Assembly: GCA_910587865.1 (NCBI GenBank)
Contig: CAJUNX010000001.1
Span: 81,398-145,397, forward strand
Length of the DNA stretch: 64,000 nt
Source: an uncultured Roseburia sp.
GTDB taxonomy: Bacteria; Bacillota; Clostridia; Lachnospirales; Lachnospiraceae
Direction of reading: 5' to 3'
Shown here in pieces: positions 1 to 8,610 of this stretch; within the stretch, counting starts at the first letter, position 1, and each line of letters opens with the position of its first letter. Made by a program: the position numbers and the translations under genes. The notes beneath the pieces are model-generated. The model did no database searches and was not told where the DNA came from. It saw only the letters and a list, made by a program, of their open reading frames with translations.

Positions 1-188
1 AGCGTGAGAGCCAGGGTCGCGAGCAGATTTGCGATCGTGGTGCCGGTGTCTAAGTTCAGACAGCCCAGATAGACCATCCAGCCGATTGCCCCGCAGAGTC
101 CGCAGGAGATCAGTTCGGATTTCGGCGCGGTAAAGAGTACGGCAAACGAAATCGTTGCAAAGATACAGATAACAAATTGCAGGATCAT
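1..188 (-). CDS. Threonine/serine exporter family small subunit (ThrE_2/YjjB-like), truncated by window edge
   Basis: Not in the ORF track. Minus-strand ATG at 188 overlaps the upstream stop (ATGA). Translates to hydrophobic MILQFVICIFATISFAVLFTAPKSELISCGLCGAIGW..., the usual partner of ThrE. Confidence 0.8.
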   Translation of the reverse strand, partial: MILQFVICIFATISFAVLFTAPKSELISCGLCGAIGWMVYLGCLNLDTGTTIANLLATLALT

Positions 189-988
189 GCAAACAGTCCT
201 CCTCCCATCAGAGTGCGGAACACGGTGATCACCGTGCCGACCCCCACAGCGATACAAAAAGCGGTCAGTACCGCGTCGATCATATGAATCGCGCCCGATA
301 AATAGTCGCCGTTGAAAAGATCACGGATCGATGTGGTGAGTGCGATTCCCGGAACCAGGGGCATAATGCTGCCGATGATTACTTTGTCATAGTGGACAGG
401 GAGCTTAAGCAGCATGACAAGAAGTGCAAGCAGCGTGACCAGGGCGCTGCCGAGAATGTTTTTGATGAACTTCGAGCTTTTCGAGCGTCCGAGTGCGTCC
501 AAAAAGATCTGCAGCATAAACCCGGTGAAAAAGGCGGTGACGGCGTCGAGCGGCCCTCCTCCGAAGAGATAGCCGAAGCACGCGCAGCCGAGCCCGCAGA
601 AAAACAGCCGGATCCCCGTTTTGTTATAAGGGATATTCTTACAGGCGTCAAGCCGTTCCCATGCCTGCGGGAGAGAGCACTCGTGGGAACAGATCTCCCT
701 GGAGAGCTGGTTTAACGCGGCGATGCGTCCTAAATGCGTCGCGCCGAGCGGGACGTGGCGGATCATGCTGCACGCGTCCTCCCGGTCTTCGTTGGCGCTT
801 GCGAAAATTCCGTTTGAGAGCACATAGACATCATAGTCATGGATCTCGTAAGCATTTAAAATATGCATGACGGTATCCTCCACACGGTATACCTCTGCGC
901 CGTTGCGCAGCAGAAGATCGCCCATCTCAACGGCGAGAGCGAGTATTTCCTTTGTCACTGCCATCTGGTCTGCCCTTTCTGTTTTCAT
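185..988 (-). CDS. Threonine/serine exporter family protein (ThrE, large subunit)
   Basis: Motifs LLRNGAEVYRVEDT and IMPLVPGIALTTSIRD, several TM helices. Start is 988 or 964. Confidence 0.85.
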   Translation of the reverse strand: MKTERADQMAVTKEILALAVEMGDLLLRNGAEVYRVEDTVMHILNAYEIHDYDVYVLSNGIFASANEDREDACSMIRHVPLGATHLGRIAALNQLSREICSHECSLPQAWERLDACKNIPYNKTGIRLFFCGLGCACFGYLFGGGPLDAVTAFFTGFMLQIFLDALGRSKSSKFIKNILGSALVTLLALLVMLLKLPVHYDKVIIGSIMPLVPGIALTTSIRDLFNGDYLSGAIHMIDAVLTAFCIAVGVGTVITVFRTLMGGGLFA

Positions 989-1106
989 ATGGTTTTCAGA
1001 AATCAAACGTATCACGTTTTCCGGTAAAATGCAATCAGATACATAATATTTGTGAAAATAGAAACAATAACCAGTATAAATCGGAAAAACGGGAAAGGGG
1101 AAGCGT

Positions 1107-1268
1107 ATGAATTGTAAAAAATACAGAGCATATCTGATCGGTCTGATTGCGGCGGCGTTTATCTGCGGGATTCTGATCTATGTGTCACAGGGAAAACAGG
1201 ATAAGATACCGGCGGAGGGGACGCTGGTACAGCGGGAATTCACGCAGAAAGCCGGGACGGCAGTATGA
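1107..1268 (+). CDS. Small (53 aa) single-TM protein upstream of spoVAA
   Basis: Purine-rich RBS (GGGAAAGGGG), ATG 1107, MNCKKYRAYLIGLIAAAFICGILIYVSQGKQ... The stop overlaps the spoVAA start (ATGA 1265-1268). Confidence 0.7.
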   Translation: MNCKKYRAYLIGLIAAAFICGILIYVSQGKQDKIPAEGTLVQREFTQKAGTAV

Positions 1269-1915
1269 GTGCGGGAGAAACGTTATATCTGAAAACGGCT
1301 CAGAATACCATTGTGACGGACCGGCATGTAAAGCTCTCGGATATCGCGAAGCTGGAATGTGCCGATCCGGCCATTGTGCGTCAGTTAAAGCAGAAGAAGA
1401 TCTATACGTTTGAGGATGCCATGAATCCGCGAAAACAGAAGCCGGTGATGAAAGTGTTTTCCGTGTTAAAGATCATCGAGCAGATCCATGAGGAGTATCC
1501 GGGGCTTACGATTTCAAACGAAGGGGAGAGCGATTTTATCATTGAGTATCTCCCGAACCCTCAGAAACCCGGGTGGGTGGACGCAGTCAAAACGACGGTG
1601 CTCTGTATCATCATCTTTTTCGGGGCGGCGTTTACCATCATGGCATTTAACAATGATGTCGGCGTGACAGACGTTTTTTCGAAATTTTACCAGCAGGTGA
1701 CGGGATCGGCGTCTGACGGCGTGACGGAGCTTGAGATCTGCTACAGCGTGGGTATGGCGCTTGGAATCCTGATCTTTTTTAATCATGTGGGACATAAAAA
1801 GATCACGCCGGATCCGACGCCGATTCAGGTGGAAATGCGCAAATACGAGCAGGATATTGATACGGCGTTTATTGAGAATGCGGAGAGAAAGGGGCACAGC
1901 ATTGATGTTAGTTAG
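1265..1915 (+). CDS. spoVAA: Stage V sporulation protein AA
   Basis: FFGAAFTIMAFNNDV, YSVGMALGILIFFNH and DPTPIQVEMRKYE motifs. Confidence 0.9.
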   Translation: MSAGETLYLKTAQNTIVTDRHVKLSDIAKLECADPAIVRQLKQKKIYTFEDAMNPRKQKPVMKVFSVLKIIEQIHEEYPGLTISNEGESDFIIEYLPNPQKPGWVDAVKTTVLCIIIFFGAAFTIMAFNNDVGVTDVFSKFYQQVTGSASDGVTELEICYSVGMALGILIFFNHVGHKKITPDPTPIQVEMRKYEQDIDTAFIENAERKGHSIDVS

Positions 1916-2333
1916 GCATATGTTCCTGGGACTTTGCGGCGCCGCGGCGGGGTTTGCCGTCTCGGCGGGTACCTTTGCGTTTCTGATTGCGATCGGTGTG
2001 ATTCCGCGGATGATCGGAAAATGCAACCGGGCGGCGGAGACGATGCATTTCGAAAACGCGGTGATCCTCGGCGGGATTTTCGGGAATCTGGCATCGGTAT
2101 TCCCCGGTCTGCGTTTCCCGCTCGGCCCGCTGTTTTTGTGCCTGTACGGGATCTCGGCGGGGATTTTCGTCGGTTGTATCGCGGTGGCGCTCGCAGAGAT
2201 TATCAATACATTTCCGATCATGTTCCGCCGGTCCGGCTTAAAGGAGGGGCTCTCCTGGGTCATGGTTATGATGGCGCTCGGAAAATGCGCGGGTTCGCTT
2301 TGGTTTTTCATCGGGAAAATGACGGTGCAGTGA
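1905..2333 (+). CDS. spoVAB: Stage V sporulation protein AB
   Basis: GTFAFLIAIGVIPR and GIFVGCIAVALAEIINTFPI motifs; overlaps the end of spoVAA. Confidence 0.9.
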   Translation: MLVRHMFLGLCGAAAGFAVSAGTFAFLIAIGVIPRMIGKCNRAAETMHFENAVILGGIFGNLASVFPGLRFPLGPLFLCLYGISAGIFVGCIAVALAEIINTFPIMFRRSGLKEGLSWVMVMMALGKCAGSLWFFIGKMTVQ

Positions 2334-2352
2334 GCCGGCCGCATAAAACGGA

Positions 2353-2381
2353 TTGACGCGGCGGCCGCTGCGGGGTAAACT
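2353..2381 (+). promoter_or_regulatory. Putative sigma-A promoter for the 2430 gene
   Basis: TTGACG-N17-TAAACT. Confidence 0.55.
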
Positions 2382-2429
2382 ATCAGGATACCGAAACTCA
2401 AAATAAGGAAACAATAAAGGAGAATCCGG

Positions 2430-2747
2430 ATGGTCACTTCAATCGCGCGCCAGAGCGTCATACTCAAATGTAAGATGCAGAAATCCGTGCTGACGGGAAA
2501 TTACGAATTTTATTATGCGGCGGGACTTGCGGCAAAGCTTGCGGGTCTGTCTCTGGACGAAGAACTCCGCCCGAAGGAGCTTGCGGAAGCTGCTGCCGAT
2601 GTGATTACAAATATAGAAAAAGGGGATGAGCGGACGGATTATCTGTGCGCGCTTCTGTCCGGATACTGCCCGTCGGAGGAGTATGACGGACAGATGAAGG
2701 AGCTTTTTCTCATGGGTGTGCAGGAGCAGCGGCTCTGGAAGGTATAG
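2430..2747 (+). CDS. Small helical protein, probably DUF3837-like
   Basis: RBS AAAGGAGA. N-terminus SIARQSVILKCKMQKSVLTGNYEFYYAAG resembles a Clostridiales-restricted family (from memory). Confidence 0.65.
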   Translation: MVTSIARQSVILKCKMQKSVLTGNYEFYYAAGLAAKLAGLSLDEELRPKELAEAAADVITNIEKGDERTDYLCALLSGYCPSEEYDGQMKELFLMGVQEQRLWKV

Positions 2748-2816
2748 GAAGGGGTGTAAGCGCAGCAGAGGGCCGGCCGGTCTGGCGTAAAAACGCCGGA
2801 AGGAAGCCGGCGCGGT

Positions 2817-2845
2817 GCATAGTTCTGCGGAGATGACGCATACTA
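2817..2845 (+). promoter_or_regulatory. Putative SigG (forespore) promoter of spoVAC
   Basis: GCATA-N17-CATACTA matches the SigG consensus GHATA-N17/18-CATAHTA; spoVA genes are established SigG targets. Confidence 0.7.
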
Positions 2846-2874
2846 TAGGTCAGAAAAAGACAGGAGGATATGGT

Positions 2875-3339
2875 ATGGATGAGAAGAAAGAGCGTCAGCA
2901 GCAGAAATATAATGATTATGTAAAACAGGTCACGCCGACACACAATCTGTGGTGGAATATGGTGAAGGCGTTTGTGACGGGGGGAATCATCTGCATCATC
3001 GGGCAGTTTATTTTAAATACCTGCGTAAGCTACGGTATGGAGAAGGAGACAGCCGGGAGCTGGTGCAGTATGCTCCTGATTCTGCTCTCGGTGGTGCTGA
3101 CCGGACTGAACATATATCCGTCCGTCGCGAACTGGGGCGGTGCGGGGGCGCTGGTGCCGATCACCGGTTTCGCGAACGGTGTGGCGGCTCCGGCCATCGA
3201 GTTTCAGAAAGAGGGGCAGATTTTCGGCATCGGATGTAAGATCTTTACGATTGCAGGGCCGGTGATTTTGTACGGCGTTTTCTCCAGCTGGATTGCCGGA
3301 TTAATATACTGGATCGGGAAGATGCTGGGAATGTTCTGA
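2875..3339 (+). CDS. spoVAC: Stage V sporulation protein AC
   Basis: KAFVTGGIICIIGQ, GAGALVPITGFAN and KIFTIAGPVILYG motifs; RBS AGGAGG. Confidence 0.9.
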   Translation: MDEKKERQQQKYNDYVKQVTPTHNLWWNMVKAFVTGGIICIIGQFILNTCVSYGMEKETAGSWCSMLLILLSVVLTGLNIYPSVANWGGAGALVPITGFANGVAAPAIEFQKEGQIFGIGCKIFTIAGPVILYGVFSSWIAGLIYWIGKMLGMF

Positions 3340-3521
3340 CAGAAATGTGAATCAGAAAAGAGAGTGAGAAGCAGGAAGATGGATGAAATCATTCACCGGC
3401 CTGCTTTTTGTTATCCGAAGCGATAAATGACCGTATTTGGATTGTTATTTGAAAGCGGTTATGGTAAAATGAGGAAGTATCTGAAATGAATGACAGCCTT
3501 GGGAACGGGAGGTTTGGAACA

Positions 3522-4232
3522 ATGGAGCAGTATAAGCAGGAATTTATCGAATTTATGGTGGAGAGCGATGTCCTCAGATTTGGGGAATTTACACTAAAGA
3601 GCGGGAGAAAGTCTCCGTTTTTTATGAATGCGGGCGCGTATGTGACAGGATCCCAGCTGATGCGGCTGGGGGAGTACTACGCACGTGCGATTCATGAGCA
3701 TTACGGGGATGAATTTGACGTGTTATTCGGGCCGGCGTACAAGGGGATCCCCCTGTCGGTTGCAGCGGTGATCGCGTATTCCAGGCTTTACGGGAAGGAG
3801 ATCCGCTACTGTTCGAACCGGAAGGAGATCAAGGATCACGGCGATACCGGTATTCTTCTCGGCAGTAAGTTAAAGGACGGTGACCGGGTGGTGATCATCG
3901 AGGACGTCACGACATCCGGCAAGTCGATCGAGGAGACGTTTCCGATTGTCAAAGCGCAGGGGAAGGTGGAGATCCTCGGGCTGATGGTCTCCTTAAACCG
4001 CATGGAAAAGGGGCTCGGCGGCGGGAAGAGCGCGCTTGACGAGATCCGGGAAACATACGGATTTCCGGCGCATGCGATCGTTTCGATGGAGGAGGTTGTG
4101 GAACATTTGTACAACCGGCCCTGCATGGGAAGAGTCGTAATCGACGATGAGATAAAGACTGCGATCGACGGATATTACCGGCAGTACGGGTGCCGGGCGC
4201 AGGATGCAGCCGGCAGCAGGTCGCATGAATAA
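3522..4232 (+). CDS. pyrE: Orotate phosphoribosyltransferase
   Basis: FGEFTLKSGRKSPFF, FGPAYKGIP and PRPP loop VVIIEDVTTSG. Confidence 0.95.
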   Translation: MEQYKQEFIEFMVESDVLRFGEFTLKSGRKSPFFMNAGAYVTGSQLMRLGEYYARAIHEHYGDEFDVLFGPAYKGIPLSVAAVIAYSRLYGKEIRYCSNRKEIKDHGDTGILLGSKLKDGDRVVIIEDVTTSGKSIEETFPIVKAQGKVEILGLMVSLNRMEKGLGGGKSALDEIRETYGFPAHAIVSMEEVVEHLYNRPCMGRVVIDDEIKTAIDGYYRQYGCRAQDAAGSRSHE

Positions 4233-4689
4233 AAGGAGAAACCGCCTGGTCGCGGGTATTTTGTTTCTGATCTATTTTATCGTCCTGTTTTATTTTCTCT
4301 TTTTCTCGGAGCGGATGGGCAGGACATTTACGGAACGCGCATATCATTATAATCTGGTTCCTTTTAAGGAGATCGGCAGATTTTTAAAGCACTGGGAAAC
4401 GCTGGGAACCTGGGCGGTGCTGCTGAATATCGTAGGGAATGTCGCAGCGTTTATGCCGTTTGGAGGTTTTTTGCCGATCTTTTCGTCGCGCTGTCGAAAG
4501 TTTCTCATAACGGCATTTTACAGCTTTGAACTGAGTCTTCTGGTGGAGCTTCTGCAGCTGATTTTCAGGGTCGGAAGCTTTGATGTGGATGACCTTCTGC
4601 TGAATACGGCGGGCGGGATTCTCGGCTTTTTTGTCTATAAAGGAACCGTGCGTATCATAAGGAGTGGAAAACGTGGCAGGACGTCATAA
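4225..4689 (+). CDS. VanZ family membrane protein
   Basis: NLVPFKEI, NIVGNVAAFMPFG, ELLQ and GSFDVDDLLLNTAG. Confidence 0.9.
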   Translation: MNKRRNRLVAGILFLIYFIVLFYFLFFSERMGRTFTERAYHYNLVPFKEIGRFLKHWETLGTWAVLLNIVGNVAAFMPFGGFLPIFSSRCRKFLITAFYSFELSLLVELLQLIFRVGSFDVDDLLLNTAGGILGFFVYKGTVRIIRSGKRGRTS

Positions 4690-4999
4690 GAGAGCTTACA
4701 AATTTACGGAAAAGACGCAGTCGCCGCGGGGAATTGCGGCGTTTCTGCTTGCACTGGTGTCGCTTGGCGTATTTGCGGCGGTTGTATCCGAGTCGTTTCG
4801 TAACCGCGGAGCCGGCAGCATGTATCTGGGAAGTGCGGGAGTCGCTTCGATGCTGGTGGGAATCGTTGCACTGGTGCTTGCGTTAAAAAGCCTCGGGGAG
4901 GAGAATTCCTTTAAGCTCTTTCCGTATCTGGCAACCGTCTTTTCTTTTCTGGCGACCGGAATATGGATTGCGCTTTATGTGGTGGGATTTCAGATGTGA
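4673..4999 (+). CDS. Small 3-TM hypothetical membrane protein (DUF6142-like)
   Basis: YKFTEK N-terminus plus three hydrophobic segments; overlaps the end of vanZ. Start is 4664 or 4673. Confidence 0.7.
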   Translation: MAGRHKRAYKFTEKTQSPRGIAAFLLALVSLGVFAAVVSESFRNRGAGSMYLGSAGVASMLVGIVALVLALKSLGEENSFKLFPYLATVFSFLATGIWIALYVVGFQM

Positions 5000-5043
5000 G
5001 AACTGCGCACAGAAACGTGCGATGGAAAAGGAGAGCGAATGAT

Positions 5044-5631
5044 ATGACGGATCTCAGACAGCAGATGGAGTTTCTTTTGGAGATGGACAGGGCGAAACAG
5101 ATTGGGAGGCAGACGTATCTGTCGGACGGAAGCAGAAAAGAAAATGATGCCGAGCACTCCTGGCACATGGCGCTGATGGTCTTTCTTCTCGCGGATTATG
5201 CCAATGAACCGATCGATGTGTTAAAGACGATGAAAATGATCCTGCTGCACGATGTGATCGAGATCGATGCAGGGGATACGTATGCCTATGACGAGGAAGG
5301 AAATCAGACGAAGCGCGCGAGAGAGTGCGCGGCTGCGGACCGGATTTTCGGCCTGCTTCCCAAAGGGCAGGGGCAGGAATGCCGGATGCTGTGGGAAGAG
5401 TTTGAGGCTATGGAGACACCGGAGGCGAAATTTGCAAATATGCTTGACAAGATACAGCCGCTTCTGCTGAACGATGCGTCGGGCGGCAGATCCTGGAGGG
5501 AGCATGGGATTAAGAAATCACAGGTACTCGCGCGTAATGCGCGGGTGCATGAGGGCTCGGAGGAGCTGTGGAATTATGCGCGGGAGCTGATTGAAAAGAA
5601 TGTGGAGAACGGTAATCTGCAGGATGCTTAG
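5044..5631 (+). CDS. HD-domain hydrolase (HDDC2/YfbR-like)
   Basis: ENDAEHSWH, LLHDVIEIDAGD and EFEAMETPEAKFA..LDKIQP. Confidence 0.9.
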   Translation: MTDLRQQMEFLLEMDRAKQIGRQTYLSDGSRKENDAEHSWHMALMVFLLADYANEPIDVLKTMKMILLHDVIEIDAGDTYAYDEEGNQTKRARECAAADRIFGLLPKGQGQECRMLWEEFEAMETPEAKFANMLDKIQPLLLNDASGGRSWREHGIKKSQVLARNARVHEGSEELWNYARELIEKNVENGNLQDA

Positions 5632-5685
5632 TCTGCGCCCTCCTTTCGTGTCGGGGAGGAAAGATCAGGGAAAGTAGGTGAGAGT

Positions 5686-7956
5686 GTGAACGGGAAGGAG
5701 ACATATATACAGCCGGATGACGAGGTCTGGGAGAGATTTTCGCTCGTTTCGGAGCGCATCGCACAGATCTGTGAGGAAGAATCCGGCGGCGGTGTCCGGA
5801 TGACCGGAGAGGATCCTGCAGCGGGAGGGAGTAAAGGAAGAGAACCGTTTGCAGCGTATTTCCGGCAGCAGGCGTCGTTTCTGACGATGCTTGCCGGCCT
5901 GTACCGCAGGATAGAAGAGGAGCGGGCGTTCGCCGGAGCGGATAAAGAAGGCAGATGCGTCTCTGCCAAAGCGGACGAAGAAGGGAATGCATCCGTCAGT
6001 GAAGACAGAGGAGAGAGGAGCGGCGCTGCCGGCGGAGAGGAGCGGCGGTCTCTCTGGGAGAGCAGGGCGGAGTGTGAGCGCATTCAGGCAGAGCTTTATC
6101 GGGATATTCTGCCGGATGCTTACGACATGAGCTATGCCAATCCGGCGTATGCCGTGCAGATGCTCGGGGAACAGTACGGAGCGGTGATGGCGTTTCTTGC
6201 GGCGCAGATCAGGCGCTGCATCCGCGAGGTGTTCCGGGGCAATCTCCCGGAGCTTCTGATCACGATGGAGCTGTTCGTGGAGGTCCGCAGCTGTTTCAGA
6301 GAGCGGGAGGTCCGTGATCCGGAAGAGGCGGTGCAGGGAGTGCATGCCTCTGCCGCGTCGGGGGATGCGCCTCTGCCGGACAGCCATGAGGTGAGACAGA
6401 TTTTTTACTGGCATTTCCACGACTACAGCGAGATCTTTTTCGAGCGTGATCTGCGCAGGATGGCTGATCCAAAGGAGGATTTCGAGACGCGCCTTGTGAT
6501 GCAGGCGGATCTGTCCGATCTGACATATCTGTACCGCTACGGTGCATATATCAGCGAGGATGAGCGGAGGATCGCTGCGTTTTTAAACCGTCTGCCGGAC
6601 GAGGAGATCCGGGCCATGGCGCAGACGTACACGGAAGGCTACCGGATCGGTTTTGAGGTAACCGGAAAGGATCTCGCGAAAAAGCAGACGGTGCAGATTC
6701 GTTATCCGATCGGCTTTGAGCGTATGGTGCGGGCTGCCGTCCGGAATTTTGAAAAAATGGGCCTTCGGGTGACCATGCAGGCGGAGGGAACGCCGCCGAA
6801 CCGGCAGTTCGATTACGACCACAGGGAAGACCGTGCGTATTATCTGGACAAAGCGTATGTGGAACATTGTCTTGAGGTGAGGAAGAACTGCTGCGAAAAA
6901 CAGAAAAAGCTCGCGGCCGGTATGGCAGGCCCGGCGGTGATCATGGTGTTCGGTGAGGAACCGTTTGCGCCGGAACATAAAAAAGAAGCGTTTTCCTATA
7001 CGGACAGGCAGCGGCAGCTTCTGATCTATGAGTCCGCATGTGCCGGAAAGATCACAAATCAGTATATTCCGGGGAGTGAGCGCAGCTTTACGGTCATTGC
7101 TTATCCCCTGCCGGCGATCGGAGAGCGGTTCGAGGAGATCTTTCGCGAGACCGTGCGCATCAATACGCTCGATTATGTGCTCTATCAGAAGATGCAGCAG
7201 AAGATGATTGATGTCTTAGACGAGGCGGACTGCGTGCACATCACGGGCCGGGGAGCGAACCGGACCGATCTGTATGTGAAGATCTGGAATCTTTCTGACC
7301 CGGCGAAGGAGACGGCTTTTGAAAACTGCGTTGCGGATGTCAATATCCCGGTGGGGGAGGTCTTTACCTCGCCGGTCCTTGCAGGGACGGAAGGAAAGCT
7401 GTTTGTCAGTCAGGTGTATCTGCGGGACCTGAAATTTGAACAGTTGGAGCTTGATTTTAAGGACGGGATGATCACGGATTATTCGTGTGCGAATTTTGAA
7501 TCGGAGGAGGAAAACCGCGCTTATATCCGGGATAATGTGCTGATGCACCATGAGACCCTGCCGATGGGCGAGTTTGCGATCGGCACGAACACGGCCGCGT
7601 ACCGCATGGCCAGGGACTACGGGATCGAGGCGAAGCTGCCGATCCTGATCGCGGAAAAGACCGGGCCGCATTTTGCAGTCGGCGATACCTGTTACTGCCA
7701 TGAGGAGGACAATCTGTCCTATAATCCGGACGGAAAAGCGATTGTGGCGAGGGAAAACGAGATCTCCGCACTCCGGCATGAGGAGAATGGGGAGCAGAAG
7801 GCGTATTACAATTGTCATACGGATATCACAATCCCGTATGACGAGTTAGACCGGATCACCGTAATCCGGAAAGACGGGACAACGACAGATGTCATCGCCG
7901 GGGGCCGGTTTGTGCTTGCGGGGACGGAGGCGTTAAACGAGCCGTTAGACCGTTGA
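5686..7956 (+). CDS. Aminopeptidase, M29 (thermophilic metalloprotease) family
   Basis: [29 protein letters not shown] and HTDI motifs; N-terminal low-complexity inserts. Confidence 0.85.
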   Translation: MNGKETYIQPDDEVWERFSLVSERIAQICEEESGGGVRMTGEDPAAGGSKGREPFAAYFRQQASFLTMLAGLYRRIEEERAFAGADKEGRCVSAKADEEGNASVSEDRGERSGAAGGEERRSLWESRAECERIQAELYRDILPDAYDMSYANPAYAVQMLGEQYGAVMAFLAAQIRRCIREVFRGNLPELLITMELFVEVRSCFREREVRDPEEAVQGVHASAASGDAPLPDSHEVRQIFYWHFHDYSEIFFERDLRRMADPKEDFETRLVMQADLSDLTYLYRYGAYISEDERRIAAFLNRLPDEEIRAMAQTYTEGYRIGFEVTGKDLAKKQTVQIRYPIGFERMVRAAVRNFEKMGLRVTMQAEGTPPNRQFDYDHREDRAYYLDKAYVEHCLEVRKNCCEKQKKLAAGMAGPAVIMVFGEEPFAPEHKKEAFSYTDRQRQLLIYESACAGKITNQYIPGSERSFTVIAYPLPAIGERFEEIFRETVRINTLDYVLYQKMQQKMIDVLDEADCVHITGRGANRTDLYVKIWNLSDPAKETAFENCVADVNIPVGEVFTSPVLAGTEGKLFVSQVYLRDLKFEQLELDFKDGMITDYSCANFESEEENRAYIRDNVLMHHETLPMGEFAIGTNTAAYRMARDYGIEAKLPILIAEKTGPHFAVGDTCYCHEEDNLSYNPDGKAIVARENEISALRHEENGEQKAYYNCHTDITIPYDELDRITVIRKDGTTTDVIAGGRFVLAGTEALNEPLDR

Positions 7957-8068
7957 GACGGGAAGAGGCGGCAGATGCCGCGGGGGATGTGAAAAACGGG
8001 CCGTCGGACCGTTGCGGCGGGGATGGCGGCTCTTTCGTAAAGGAATGAAGGAAAAAGGAGAGAAAAAG

Positions 8069-8569
8069 ATGCCGAAAGTAGGAATTGTGATGGGAAGTGA
8101 TTCGGATATGCCGGTGATGGCCAAAGCCGCCGGAATCCTTGATGAGCTGGGAATTGACTATGAGATGCGGATCATCTCTGCGCATCGCGAGCCGGATGTG
8201 TTTTTCGAATATGCAAAAGGCGCGGAGGAGCGCGGGCTGAAGGTGATCATTGCGGGAGCGGGGATGGCGGCGCATCTGCCGGGAATGTGCGCGGCGATTT
8301 TCCCGATGCCGGTGATCGGGATTCCGATGCACACGACTTCTCTGGGAGGACGGGATTCCCTGTACTCGATCGTGCAGATGCCCTCCGGGATTCCGGTGGC
8401 GACGGTTGCGATCAACGGCGGCGCGAATGCGGGACTGCTCGCGGCAAAAATTCTTGCGACGTCCGATGAGGCGCTGCTTGCGCGGTTAAAGGAGTATGCG
8501 GCGGATTTAAAGGAGCAGGTCGAGGCAAAGGATGCCAGACTGCAGGAGACGGGATATCAGAGTTATTAG
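8069..8569 (+). CDS. purE: N5-carboxyaminoimidazole ribonucleotide mutase
   Basis: [24 protein letters not shown] and [16 protein letters not shown]. Confidence 0.97.
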   Translation: MPKVGIVMGSDSDMPVMAKAAGILDELGIDYEMRIISAHREPDVFFEYAKGAEERGLKVIIAGAGMAAHLPGMCAAIFPMPVIGIPMHTTSLGGRDSLYSIVQMPSGIPVATVAINGGANAGLLAAKILATSDEALLARLKEYAADLKEQVEAKDARLQETGYQSY

Positions 8570-8610
8570 CGTATAACTTTAACTTTTCAGATCATTAAGG
8601 AGGAGTACAT

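Noticed and set aside
1514..2467. 317-aa minus-strand ORF
   Set aside because: Antisense shadow of spoVAA/AB with no recognisable motifs; such ORFs are expected at high GC
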